Shown here: piece after piece, positions 37,640 through 50,777 of the stretch
Layout of the letters: each line of letters begins with the position of its first letter
Position numbering within the stretch: position 1 is the first letter of the stretch
NCBI RefSeq assembly: GCF_963921235.1
Contig: NC_086097.1
Location: 213,654,001-213,718,000 of the forward strand
Length of the DNA stretch: 64,000 bases
Reading direction: 5' to 3'
Source: Mobula hypostoma
Lineage: Eukaryota
Position numbers and translations under genes: made by a program
Notes under the pieces: model-generated
The model's input: the letters and a program-made list of their open reading frames with translations, nothing else
Databases searched by the model: none
What the model was told of the DNA's origin: nothing

Positions 37640-38512
37640 AAGTTCAAAGTTCAAATTAAAATTTATTGTCAGAGTACATACATGTCACCACATACAACCC
37701 TGAGGTTGTTTTTCTGCCAGCATATTTAGCAAGTCTATAGAACAGTAACTAGAGACTGTAAACATCAGGAACTGTTAACTGTTATCAAACCACGCTAATG
37801 CAGATATAAATAAATAGCAATAAATAATGAGCATGAAATAACAATATAACAGAGACCTGAAATGAGTGTAGCTATCCCCTTTTGTTTAGGAGCCTGATGG
37901 TTGAGGGGTGGTAATTGGTTTTGAACCTGGTGGTGAGAGTCCTGAGGCACCTGTACCTTCTACCTGTTGGCAGCAGCAAGAGAAGAGCATGGCCTGGGTG
38001 GTGAGGATTCGCGATGAATGATGCTGCTTTTCTACGGTAGCATTTCATGTAGATGTGCCCAATGATTGGGAGAGTTTTACCTGTGATGTACTGGGTTGCA
38101 TCCACTACCTTTTGTAGGGTTTTCCACTCAAGGGCATTAGTGTTCTCATACCAGGCCGTAATGCAGCCAGTCAGCACACTGTCCACCACACATCTCTAGA
38201 AGTTTCCCAAGGAATTCGATGACGTGCCAAACCTCCGCAGACTCCTGAAGAAGTAGAGGTGCTGTTGTGCCTTCTTCGCAATAATAGATCCTGGACAGGA
38301 CCTCTGAAGTAGTGTCACCCAAGAATTTAAAGTTACTGACCCTCTGCGCCTCCGATGATTACTGCCTCCAGTTTCCCTCTCCTGAAGTCAGTTCCTTGGT
38401 TTATTGACATTGGTTGAGAGGTTGTTGATATTACAGCACTCAGCCAAGTTTTCTATCTCCTTCCTGTATGCTGATTCATCACCACCTTTGATACAGCTCA
38501 CAACAGTGGTGT
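37640..38512 (-). mobile_element. Rex1/Babar 3' part
   Basis: Minus ORFs VDSVLTGCITAWYENT...GRRYRCLRTLTTRF and GGDESAYRKEIENLAECC. Confidence 0.9.
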
Positions 38513-38514
38513 TT

Positions 38515-41470
38515 ACGTGATCCATGGGAGACTCATTTATTACGCTGACGCTACCTGGGAAGTGGCGCCAGAGGAGAGGGAGGAGGGCCGACGTCCTGGT
38601 GAGGTTGAGGCAGAGTGTTAATCGGCCGCCGCTCCCTAGCATACACCTGACTAACGTTCAGTCCCTGGACAATAAGCTGTGAGAACTGAGAGGCAGAATC
38701 TCCCATCAGCAGAAAACAAAGGAATGTACTGTATTATGCTTCTTGGAGACCTGGCTGATGGAGGAGATACCGGATCATGCCATCGAGCCCTCTGAGTTCT
38801 CCCTGTTCCAGGCGGACAGGTCAAATAACCTCTCTGGGAAGAGTAAAGGAGATGGGGTATGCTTCATGGAAAATAATGTTTAGCGTGACCCCCAGAATGT
38901 GCATGCCCTCAAATCCTTTTGTTCCCCCGGATCTGGAGTACCTGGTGCTGCTGTGTAGAACTTTCTGGCTGCCTAGAGATTCACAGCTGTTATTATCACA
39001 GCTGTCTATATCGTGCCGCAGGCTGATACCGACCTGGCTCTCAAGGAACTGTATAGGACCATCAGCACCCTGGAGACTGTACACCCACAGGCTGCCTTCA
39101 TCATAGTCGGAGACCTTAACAGAGCGTCGCTGTCTAAAGTCTCTCCGAAGTTTTGTCAACACATCCAGATAAGCACACAGGGAGGTAGCATACTCAACCA
39201 CTGCTACTCCCCCTTCCGCAACGCTTACAAAGCGCTCTTCCATCTGCCGTTTGGGCAGCCGGATCATTCCTCCATCTTGATTCTGCCGATGTACAGGCAG
39301 AAGATGAAACAAAGGGTGGCCATAGTTAAAACTGTCCACTGTTGGTACGATCAATCGATCTCCATGCTACAGGACTGCTTTGATGATGTCAACTGGAACG
39401 TTTTTCATGAAGAGGATGTCTCCAAGTTCATGGATGGGGTCACAAGCTTCATCCTGAAGTGCATCGAGCATGTTGTCCCCCAGAAATTGGTTAGGGTCTA
39501 TCCAACCCAGAAGCCCCGGATCAACAGCCCATGCATGCAGCACTTACCATGTGAGACAGAGCTTTCACTGCTGATAACCAACAGGAACTCGAGAAGTGCG
39601 TCAGTCTTCACTGTGGAAGACACGAGCAGTATGCCTGATGTTGTAGAGTGCGAAGGAAGAGAAGTGGGTGCAGTTACTATTACAAGAGAGAAGGTGCTCA
39701 AAAAGCTGGAAGACCTAAAGATACATAAGTCACCCGGACCAGATGAACTACACCCTAGGGTTCTGAAAGAGGTAGTGTTAGAGATTGTTGTGGCATTAGA
39801 AATGATCTTTGAAAAATCATTGGACTCTGGCATGGTGCCAGAGGACTGAAAAATTGCAAATATCACCGCACTCCTTAAGAAAGGAGGAAGGCAGCAGAAA
39901 GGAATTTATAGGCCTGACCTCAGTGGTTGGGAAGATGTTAGATTCATTTGTTAAGGAGGAGGTGATGGAGTACTTGGTGACACAGGACAAGATAGTACAA
40001 AGTCAGCATGGTTTCCTTCAGGGAAAATCCTGCCTGACAAACCTGTTGGAATTCTTTGAGGAGATTACAAGTAGGATAGATAAAGTGGATGCAGTGGATG
40101 TTGTATATTTGGACTTTCAGAAGGACTTTGACAGGGTGCCACACATGAGGCTGCTTACCAAGTAAAGAGTCCATCATATTACAGGAAAGTTACTAACATG
40201 GTTAGAGCATTGGCTGATTGGTAGGAGGTGGTGTGTGGGAATAAAAGGATCATTTTCTGGTTGGCTGCCAGTGACTAGTGGTGTTTCGTAAGGGTCCGTG
40301 TTGGGACCACTTCTTTTTATGCTGTATATAAATGATTTAGATGATGGAATAGATGGCTTTGTTGCCAAGTTTGCAGATGATATGAAGATTGGTGGAGGGG
40401 CAGGTATTGTTGAGGAAAGGTAGAATGCAGAAGGACTTAGACAATTTAGGAGAATGGGCAAGAAAGTGGCAAATGAAATACAATGTTGGAAGATGCATGG
40501 TCATGCACTTTGGTAGTAGAAATAAATGTGCGGGCTATTTTCTAAATGGGGAGAAAATCCAAAAATCTGAGGCAAAGGGACTTGGAAGTCCTTGTGCAGA
40601 ACACTCAAAAGGTTAACTTGCAGGTCAAGTCGGTGGTGAGGAAGGCAAATGTCATGTTAGCATTCATTTCAAGAGGTCTACAATACAAGAACAAGGATGT
40701 GATGCTGAGGCTTTATAAAGCACTAGTGAGGCCTCACCATGAGTATTGTGAACAGTTTTGGGCTCCTCATCTTAGAAAAGATGTGTTGGCATTGGAGAAG
40801 GTCCAGAGGATGGTTCCAGGAATGAAAGGGTTATAAATCGAGGAATGTGTTGAAAGCCATAGACAGAGTAGATGTGGAAGGGATGTTTCCCCTGGTGGGA
40901 GAGTCTAGGACAAGAGGGCACAGACTCAGGATAGAGGGGCGCCCTTTCAAAACAGAGATATGGAGAAATTTCTTTAGCCAAAGGGTGTTGAATTTGTGGA
41001 ATTTGTTGCCACATGCAGCTGTGGAGGCCAGGTCATTGCGTATATTTAAGGTAGAGATTAATAGGATCTTGATTGGACATGGCATCAAAGGTTACGGGGA
41101 GAAGGCCGGGAACTGAGGTTCAGGAGGAGACAAAAGAAGGATCAGCCAAGATTGAATGGCAGAGCAGACTCGATGGGCCAGATGGCCTAATTCTGCTCCT
41201 ATGTCTTATGGTCTTATGGTCTAAATTCAGGTATGATCTACACAAAGTCATCAAGGCAGCGAAATGACAATACAGTGACAAGATCCAGACACAACCCTCC
41301 ACCAAAAGCACAAACAGCTTATGGCAAGGTCTGCACACCATCGCAGACTTCAAAGCTAAATGTATTGGTGCTGCCAACACCTCTGCCTCTCTCCCAGATG
41401 AGCTGAATCTTTTTTACGCTCAGTTCGATGTTGCCAACAACGAGCCCCCGAGGAGAGCTGCTGAAGCGAA
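38515..41470 (+). mobile_element. Rex1/Babar 5' part (APE endonuclease), split by CR1 at ~39597-41222
   Basis: NVQSLDNK and CFLETWL, FIIVGDLN, PFGQPDHSSILILP; resumes after 41222 with sequence homologous to 20010-20240. Confidence 0.88.
39597..41222 (+). mobile_element. 5'-truncated CR1 (RT to tail)
   Basis: KSPGPDELHPRVLKE, QHGFLQGKSCLTNLLEFFEE, VYLDFQK, KFADD; tail tcttatggtcttatggtct. Confidence 0.93.
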
Positions 41471-41523
41471 GTGCAGTATTTGGAGTCTGTGAAGGGGAAG
41501 ACTGTGTGAACAAGACATTGTGC

Positions 41524-41526
<3 letters not shown>

Positions 41527-41588
<62 letters not shown>
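41527..41588. repeat. (TG)31 microsatellite
   Basis: Perfect dinucleotide run. Confidence 0.97.
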
Positions 41589-41591
<3 letters not shown>

Positions 41592-42103
41592 ACATTTGTG
41601 AGCTGAATCTGTGCAACCTCTAGACCACCTTGCCACTGGCCCAAGTCCTTACTCTGTCAAAACCATATGGCACTGCCAGACCATGTCAAAACCATTCACA
41701 CACTGGCTCCTTCCTCTCCACAAAAACACAATGGAATCATGTTCTCAAAACAGTAATTGCCTAAGAGGAAGAGAAGAAACAGTGTAAGTTAAGAGAGACT
41801 TAACAATGAGTAACATAAATGCTGGCAAACACTCAGGCACAGCTGATCGTGTCCTAGTTCGAAGTTCAAAGTTCAAAGTAAATTTACTATTAAAGGACAT
41901 ATATGTCACCATATACAACACTGAGATGCATTTTCTTGTGGGAACAATCAATAAATCCGATAACTATAATCCAATCAATGGAAGACTACACAATCTGTAC
42001 AATCTTTCATAAACTTTCATTACAACCAGTGTGCAAAAGACAATAAACTGTGCAAATACAAAAAGAAAGAAATAACAACAATAATAAATAAGCAATAAGT
42101 AGG

Positions 42104-42300
42104 ACATAGAATATAGAAAACCTACAGCACAATATAGGCCCTTTGGCCCACAAATCTGTGCCAAACATGTACTTACCTTAGAAATTATCTAGGGTTACCC
42201 AGAGCCCTCTATTTTTCTAAGCTCCATATACCTATCCAGGAATCTCTTAAAAGACCCTATAGTATTCGCCTCCACCACCGTTACTGGCAGCCCATTCCAC
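42104..42300 (-). mobile_element. CR1 3' tail inserted in the Rex 3' UTR
   Basis: Close match to 16973-17067 plus 18246-18355 (WNGLP...GSFKRFLDRYMELRKIEG). Confidence 0.88.
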
Positions 42301-42600
42301 ATCGAGAACATGAGATGAAAAATCCTTGAGGGTGAATATATCAGTTGGGAGAACATTTCAGAGATGGGGCAAGAGGAATTGAGTGAGGTTATCCCTTCTG
42401 GTTCAAGAGCTTGATGGTTGAAATGTAATAACTGTTCCTGAATCTGGTGGTCTGAGTCCTGAGACTCCTGTACCTTCTTCGTGATGGTGGCAGTGAGAAG
42501 AGAGCATGACCTGGTTGGCGGGGGTACCTGATGATGGATGCTGCTTTCCTGTGACAACACTCTGTGTAGATCTTCTCAGTGGTGGGGAGAGGTTTACCCA

Positions 42601-43129
42601 TGTAATGACCTGGTTCATTTTTTTTTACTGCTATGCTGTTCTGTATTTGATTTTTGTGCTGTTCTCTGCAAGCTGCTTGTTTGGATTACTGTTGAAGATA
42701 AGAGATAGGAGAATTGTGTGCCATCCAGTTAGGATGGCTGAATTAAGGGGAGGTTTCTCTGGTGAGGAACATTAAGGTTGGGCTTGGGGCTTTGGTTGGG
42801 GAGAAGAAAGAAGATACCGGAGAGAAGAGGTTGTAGGATGCGACCCAGAGCGGGGCTGTGATTCAACGAAGCCCGGGGTGAGATTGAAGGAGGAACAGCG
42901 GAGGGGAAACCGTGAGCTCCAACTTGTGCACATTAGACTGTTTCATAAAAATGGGCCCCTTTCTTTTTCGGCTTTTCCTTTACTAACCCTTTAGTCAAAT
43001 TAAGAACTATAAAGCTAAATCTTATAATTGTATGCTGTGTACTATCTGTTATTTTGTGGCACTTATTCGTAACAGCATCCATACAAATGGGGTTTTGGGG
43101 TGGGCTTGTGCCTCAGCCTCACATGTTTG
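42601..43129 (+). mobile_element. Solo LTR, probably 3'-truncated, related to 56037-56709
   Basis: Begins TGTAA; shares gagctccaac(tat)ttgtgcac, tctgttattt and gcatccaYacaaa with the reverse complement of the 56-kb LTR; no TSD. Confidence 0.65.
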
Positions 43130-44213
43130 CCAAATCTCTGTGAACTCCTGAGGAAGTAGAGGCATTGCTGTGCTTGCTTTGTAATTGCACTCGTGTGCTG
43201 AGCCGGTGACAGGTCCCTTTGAAATAATAACAATGAGGAATTTAATGTTACTGACCCTCTCCACCTCTGATGAGGACTGGCTCATGGACCTCTGGATTCC
43301 TCCTCCTGAAGTCAATAATCAGCTCCTTGGTCTTGTTGACATCGAGTAAAATGTTGCTGTTGTGGCACCACTCAGCCAGATCTTCAACCTCCCTCCTATA
43401 TGCTGATTCATTACAATATTCGATTCTGTCTACGATAGTAGCATCTTCAGCAGACTTGAGTATGGCATTGGAACTGTGCTTAGTCACACAGTCATCACTG
43501 TAACGCGAGTAGAGCAGGGGCCTAAGCACAGCCCTGTGGTGCACCTGTGCTGGTGGAGACCTCGGAGGGGATGCTGTTGCCAATCCAAGCTGACTGGGGT
43601 CTGCAAGTGAGGAAATGGAGGACCCAATTGCACAAGGAGGTATTGAGGTCAAGGTCTTGGAGCTTATTGATTAGTTTTGAGGGGATGATAGTATTGAATG
43701 CCGGGCTGTATTCAATAAAGGGCATCCTGATATATGCACCTTAGCTGTCTAGATGTTTCAAGGTTGAGTGAAGAGCCAATGAAATGGCATCTGCCGTGGA
43801 CCGGTTATGCCAGTAGGCAAACTAGAGCAGATCTAAGTCTCTTCCCAGGTAGGGGCTGATATTTTTCATCACCAACCTCTCAAAACACTTCATCACTGTG
43901 GAAGTAAGTGCTACTGGATGATAGTCATTGAAACATGTTACCGCATTTTTCTTAAGCATTGAATCCTGTTTGAAGCAGGTGGGTATCTCAGACTGCTGAG
44001 GCGAGAGGTTAAAGATCTCAGTGAACACTCCAGTCAGTTGGTCAGCACAAGTCTTTAGTACTTGGCCTGGTACACCGTCAGGCCAGATGCTTTCCGTGGG
44101 TTCACCCTCCTGAAGGATGCTTGCATGTCAGTGTCAGAGACTGAAGTCACAGGTGCTGTGGGAGATTGTGATGATTCCTCCATGTTTTAATGGTCAAGAT
44201 AAGCATAGAAGGC

Positions 44214-44356
44214 TTAAACAAACAAGAGAAAATCTGCAGATGCTGGAAATCCAAAGCAACACACATAAAATGCTGGAGGAACTCAGCAGGCCAGGTAGCA
44301 TCTATGGAAAAGAGTAAGCAGTTGATGTTTCGGACCAAGACCCTTCAACAGGACTG
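44214..44356 (-). mobile_element. 143-bp non-autonomous PLE-derived HHR unit
   Basis: 9-bp TSD ATAGAAGGC at 44205-44213 and 44357-44365; 5' end is CAGUC-CUGUUGA-AGGG...GAAAC-AUC (mutated HHR). Confidence 0.88.
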
Positions 44357-45107
44357 ATAGAAGGCATTGAACTTATCTGGAAGTGAAGCCCTGTTGTCAT
44401 CTATGTTGCTTGATTTTACTTTATAAGAGGTGATCGCATTCAAGTACTGTCTTAACTGTTCAGCATCCTTCATGAATTCAAGTTTAGTTCAAAATTGCCA
44501 CTTTGCCTATGAAATAGCTTTCTGGAGATTGTACTTGGACCTCCTGTAACTTTCTTGGCTGCCAGACTTGAATGCCTCTGATCTGAGCTCAGCAGATCAC
44601 AGTTCCCATGGTTCATCCGGGGCTTCTGGCTGGAGAAGACTCCGAATGATTTTGTGAGGACACACTCATCCATAACTGTTTTTATAAAGTCTGTGACAAC
44701 CATGGCGTATTCATTCTGATCTCCAGATGAGTCCTTGAATATGGCCCAGTCCACCAACTCGAAGCAATCCCACAGCTGCCCCTCTGTGTCCCATGCCCAC
44801 CTCTTTATTGTCCTTAACTCTGGAGCCTTGCTCTTTAGCTCTGCTTGTACGCAGGTAGGAGACGGACAGCCAAATGATCAGACTTGCTGAAATGCAGTCT
44901 GGGCATGGAATAGTAGGCATCCCTTATCTTAGAAAAACAGTGGTCTAATATGCTGGGACCTGTGGTACAACAAGTTATATTCAGATTGTAATTGGGCAGG
45001 GATTTCCTCAACCAAGCCTGACTGAACTCTCCAACTATGATTTAAAATGCATTGGGATGGACTGTTACTTGCTTGGAGATGGCATCATGCAGTATCTCAA
45101 GCACTGG

Positions 45108-45187
45108 TTGTAGGAACGCAGACATGAATTCAGCAATCCCCTCCCCTCCATCCCCACCAACACTCTCAGAGACAACTGACAGGATTG
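45108..45187. repeat. 80-bp inverted copy of 46393-46472 inserted in the Rex APE region
   Basis: 76/80 ungapped identity by eye to the reverse complement of 46393-46472. Confidence 0.92.
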
Positions 45188-48100
45188 GCTGCTGATAGTA
45201 TGTAAACTGCTCTCGGGATCATGGAGAAGAACTCTCTAGGTAAATAGAATGGCTGGCTTTTGATCATTGGATGTTCAAGGTCAGGGGAACATGAGTTTGA
45301 CAGAGTTTCTACATCGAAGCACCACAGAAAGTGTATTATGAAACACATATCTCCACTTTTAGCCTTCTTCAAATCAGCAGTTCAGTCCATTCTGCGTACC
45401 ACAAAGCCTTTGGGTCTGATCACCAAATCTAGCATACTGGAAGTAAGCCATGACTCGGTAAAAAACAGAACACAACAATTTCTCATTTCCCTTTGATATA
45501 GCATCCTGCTCTCAGATCCTCAGATTTGTTCTCCAGCGACTGCACATTTGTTAACAAGATTCTGGGCAGAGAGAGCCTCATCCCTCAAAGTTTTAGCCTG
45601 GCTTGGAGTCTCCTTCTCCTGTCTCACTTGCAGCCATGGCAACGAACCTTCATCTTTTTAAAGGTGCCATACCTGCTTGCTTGACAGCTTAGTCCTTCTG
45701 AAGATCATGAAATCTGTAGTTCACTTAAGTCGATTTACAAGTACATTGATTAAAGGGAAATTAAATGAAATAGATTGCAGTGAGAGTAATTTAAAAGAGA
45801 TACATTGGATGAAGGCATGAAGTGATTTAGCTTGCAGTTCAATTGAAAATTCGAAAAATCTTCCACAGGAAGACCCTTATCTTAAAGATGGTTCAGATTA
45901 AGATTTGATCGCCGTATGACATTTAACTGGTTGAATTCACAATGGTTAATTGGTTACTCCCCTACTACCCAATACCGTACCTCTTCCACCCACTAATTTG
46001 CTCAATTATTTTTATTAATCCACCGATATAAAGCATTTACCACCACAAAAACAACATCAGGATTTCAGACAGGTTTAAGTATCACCCAACAATCTAAACT
46101 GATATTTTCTGTATAGAGAGCAGCGATTTAAATAAGAACTGCTGACATAATAGCTAATGTTTTAAAATTAAGCATTTTTTGCTTGTTTTTGATAGCACAA
46201 ATTCTCTTCCATGCTAAGGAACTGCTAAACTAATCATTTATATTTCGGCAGAGAATGAGAGGCACTAGGCTGCACTCAGGATGGATGGAGCTGTCTCTGA
46301 GGACCATTATGAAGTTATACGATAAGGCTGCAGTCACACAAAACAGGTCAATCATGGAAAAGGAGGTGGAATGAGGGTGTCAGAGGGCTGAACAATCCTG
46401 TCAGTTGTCTCTGAGAGTGGGGGTGGGGATGGAGGGGAGGGGTTTGCTGAATTCATGTCTGCATTCCTACAAAAGCTGTGCAATAATGGGGAGAAAACAG
46501 AGTTTCTATTATCCTTGTTTGATTTATCGGAGGACTCTGGGAGGAATAACTGTAACAGATAACTACTCTTAGTAAAAAATACTTTAATGAATTGAACTGA
46601 CGATATCTTATTGAAACTTTTGAAGGATTTTTATTTCTTTCCAAACACATCCTGTTCTGATCAAACAGTGTAATACATTTGTGGGAATCAATACCAATTC
46701 ATAAAGGATAAATTCCTTCTTTATCCCCAGATTGTGGGAACTCAGTCTATCTGAAGGCAAGCAACAATTCTTTCATGAGGCAGTTCAGGAGCATAAAATC
46801 TATGAGTTGTCAATAGCTGACCAGACAAAGCCCTCTGCATCTTCCTGCCCTGCCCCACACCACTCTGTATCCCTTGCCATTCCAGTCCTGAAGGCAGTGA
46901 CTCATGCAGGAAAACATTTCCAACGATGCTGGCGACCTTCCAGGATCTGGCCACGGCAGTCACTCGGTATGTGTAAGCCCGGTGTTTTATTCATCCACTG
47001 TCAGAGAACAGCTGGGCCTCATCCTGTCTTCCCCCTAGGCCTCGGCACTGCTAAAGTGTGACAGGACAGGACACCTACCTGCAGCTGCCTGCCTCAGGGA
47101 TTAGTCGATGACTACATCCAATTTCCCAGGATGAGTTCTTTTTAAAGAACTCATACGGTGGGATTCTTGCCTCAGGATAAAGCAGCAGATCATTTCAGTA
47201 GCCTTCGCAGCTACCTACAACAGGTGCAGCCCAAGGCAGGACCTCAAGCCGACAGCCAAACCTCAGATTAGTTTACTGTCACATACACCAGAGTGCAATG
47301 AAAGCTCACTGAGGAAACACTACATACTGTATGGTGATAATAAATACAATGATGAACGCAAAACCAGAGAATGGTGCAAAGATAGTAGTGCAAAAGGAAA
47401 TGCTGAAGTGACAATAATGGAAAATTTCAGGACTATCAATAATCCAGGAAGACTGGATTTCACCCAAGGTCAAACTACCAACAAATAATAATGGATCCTT
47501 TAGGAGGGAGTCACATTGTACTCTTACTTTGCTGGATGCCAGGCACGCACTGGTGTTCCTCCTGGCAGTAATAAGAGAAAACTTACATTGCAAGGTATCA
47601 TTTGTAGTAGCAGTGTGGTCACTCGAGTCGATGATGTTCTCCTAAGGGGTTGTCTGTTGGTGGGTCTTCAGGTGACTGTAGAGGCTGATCTGGGCATAAT
47701 CCTGCTCCCCTTCACTACTTGATGTTCGCCACAGGGCTTAATCCAGGATGTTCGGGTGGATTCCTTTAATAGAGAATGTCTGTGTGTGACTTTGTTTAAC
47801 ATGGAGAGGCTAATGAATGGGTAGCCTCCACATTGTCTCTGACAGATTGAGGTCAAAGGTCAGGGTCCAGTGGCATGGAATGCAAGATGGCTGGGGAATT
47901 TTTGCTGCTGCAGCCTTCTTGCGACTTCACAGCTGTGGTGGTACAGCAGCTCCACCACTGAGGTATTGGTTGGAATGACGGGTGACCCTACCAGGAACCA
48001 AGTGCCAGATTGATAAACTCTAGATGACATCACTCTCAGGATTTCAGAAACTGTCAAGCCTCTCCACCATGGCAGGGTGACCATGCTTGGAGAAGAAGGC

Positions 48101-50399
48101 ATCATAAGTGGCACGGCACACTGTTTGTAGCCCTTATCTTGCAAGTCAATGTAAAAACAGAAAAAAAATCAGCCGGCATATAGACCCACAAAAGTCACCT
48201 TCATATAGGATGGCTGGCTGTATTTTCTCCTCAACGGCTCTGGTTCTTTGAGTCCAACTGCAACTTCTCCATTGGCTCCTGCAGCTAGAGTTAGCTAATA
48301 TAAAGCAGACGGAAGGTCAGTTGTGAGACTTCCTTATTTCATGTCTCAGCGCATTTGTACATGGGGAAGCTTTTAACACCGTCTCGCATCAACAAGAATT
48401 TCTTAATAACTGTGCCTCACAGTTGGAAAAACCAAAAGAAAATTGATCCCATGGTCCAGCTTCTGTAAAACTTTTGTATTTTATGATATTTCAGTCTCTT
48501 ATCAGTATTCACTGCCATAACAGAAGGCGGATGGAAAACACAAGAACAGACAACTCAGGAAATTAATCCTAGTAGGGTTTGCTCTGAGCCAGAAAAATGC
48601 CGAGAGAAGAGTAAAATATTTCACAGCAAGTTGAAGAAGTTACATGATTAAAAACTTAAAATAACAAACAGAATTTAAAACAAAAGTAGGTGTTCACAAT
48701 ATAAAGTAAGAATAGTATCTACAAGAGGAAGATCAGAACCAACAAGTTTTGAAAATAGAACCCCCTGTCAGAGGGTTATATCTCTCAGAGGGTTTCTTTC
48801 TTTCAAATTGACAGTTCACAGCACACTGTGACACTAATCTGCTTTCCAAAGAGAGGAACAAAAACAAGCTGTCGTCACCCTGTTCCTTTGACCTAAGGTT
48901 ATACTTTCACCTTTTGACCTCTCAAGGAACCCTTCAACAACGAGCTACTTGAAAACACAATTATTAATAATGCATCTGGCACTTACTGTGCTGCTGCTGG
49001 CCTATAATGCAGAAGCTCATGGCTCTTTTTTTGTGATGGTCAAAGTCAAAATTCACGACGTTAACATTTTCATTGCTGGTTAAAAATTCAGTTGCAGAAT
49101 GAGGTTTTTTTTCAGTAGTAATGGAAGATTATGGTCTGAGACTGTTGTACAGGCTTCATAGTCACAGCTGTGCTCTTTGTTCTGCTGAAATTAATCCTAG
49201 AGCCACATCACAGCTGTTGAAACCTCTTCCCCCCTCCAGTGACAGTAATCCCTGCTTTGTAATGTGCACTATTTTGCAGAGTTTAGAATTGGGCTGCCCG
49301 TTCTGGACCTGTGATTTTGAATACATTAGCACATAATTAAAAAGAAGTTTGTACTGTCTTATGATGAATTATACTACATCAATAATGTTAAAATGCATTT
49401 TATATCAACATCCACATCAAAATGTAATGATTCATTCAATAATAAAACCAGCTTGGATCATGAAATATTTCCAGCATTGTATCTTCTCTTTAATATACAA
49501 TAGTAATAAAATAAAATGTTCTGCTTTTCAAAATACAAATTTAGAGTAAAATGATTTCTAAATGTTTACATATATTTTTGCATTGCAAAATCACAATAAA
49601 TTTAAAAATTCATTGCCAGAATCTGCCTAGAGAAGGATCTTGTAATAAAGTCAATTTCCAGAGATATTTGATAAGGTTTCATACATGAAGTTATTAGCAA
49701 AATTGAAAATGCATGGAATTGAAGCTAACCTTTTGAGACTGTTGGGAGTTAGGAGATAGTGTGCAGGGACAAAGAGAATTTGATTGGCAAGATGTGATAA
49801 GTCATATTCCCAAGAGATATGAATGGTGACTTAAGGTTTTCACCATATATTTGTTGCAAGGGAACGTGCCGGCTGCTAGCTGACTGTTCCACAGAGAACC
49901 ACCAGCTGTTGGCTGTTCATTCCACTGTCTGTGACTTCCATGCGCCATGCGATCAAATGTGGAAGTGCAAAAGAAGCTGGATGTCAGTCCAGTTGATTGG
50001 ACTCGAATGGCAGCCTCATGCTAGTGCTGGTAGAGAGAGACCTGACGGACTTTGCTTCACCTGCCTTCAGCTTCACACCAATGAGGGCGAGCGGAGGATC
50101 AGAGAAAGTAGGTGCAGTTGGACAGTAAACATGGGTAGTGTGTTGCATCCACTATGACAGACACTTCAGTTTGGATGATGGAATGGACCTCCATCAGTAG
50201 CTGACTTGAAGGGATACATGACAAAGCATATAAGACACTGCAAAGAGTTCCGCTTTTTTTTGTTTCAGCTTCTGGCATCTGCAGTCTCTTTTGCATTTAT
50301 CGCTATGCTGGTCAAAAAGGCCAAAAGTTTAACCCTGAGAAATATTAAGACAATGCATTTGGAAAGTAAAATACAGCATGGGAGTACACACTATAAATA

Positions 50400-50775
50400 C
50401 AAGAGATTCTGCAGATGTGTTAGGTCTTGAGCAATGGCACACAATGCTTAGGAATTCAGCAAGGCAGGCAGCATCTATAGAGAGGAATAAACAGCTAATG
50501 TTTCAGGCTCTGACTATTCATCAGGACAGGAGAGGAAGGGAGCAGAAGCCAAAATAAGAAGGTAGGGTGAGGGGGAGGAGTATAAGTTAACAGGTGAAAG
50601 TTGAGACCAGATGAGGGGTAAGAAGCTATGAGGTGATAGGTGGAAGAAGTAAAGAGTTGAAGAAGAGGGAATCTAATTGGAGAGGACAGTGGACCATGGA
50701 AGAAAGGGAAGGAGGAAAGGAACCAGGGGAGGATGAGGAGAAGAGAGGGGGAGAGGAAAGAGAGAAACGAGGAGG
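50400..50775 (-). mobile_element. PLE pLTR remnant with decayed HHR (50493-50527)
   Basis: Minus GUC-CUGAUGA-AUAGUCAGAGCCU-GAAAC-AUU; purine-rich tract as in the other pLTRs. Confidence 0.75.
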
Positions 50776-50777
50776 GG

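Larger units (their letters stand above)
41860..45720 (-). mobile_element. Near full-length degenerate Rex1/Babar LINE carrying four nested insertions
   Basis: Minus ORFs for APE (PFYLPREF...AVYIL), RT ([23 protein letters not shown]) and C-terminus (RRRYRSLRTQTTRF); tail gttcgaagttcaaagttcaaag. Confidence 0.88.

Noticed and set aside
39013..39849. Longest ORF (278 aa) as an intact gene
   Set aside because: In-frame fusion of Rex APE sequence with an inserted CR1 RT region
41319..41644. His-Thr repeat ORFs
   Set aside because: Translation of the (TG)31 microsatellite
46731..46966. Plus-strand exon candidate (ttccttctttatccccag acceptor, gtatgt donor, one open frame)
   Set aside because: Peptide unrecognisable and no partner exons; cannot be supported without transcript data
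47131..47154. Perfect 11-bp-arm palindrome atgagttcttt-tt-aaagaactcat
   Set aside because: Real but isolated; no element or function can be tied to it
47600..48100. Possible RTE-type 5' UTR remnants
   Set aside because: Resemblance is impressionistic; no ORF, TSD or second copy in the window to support boundaries
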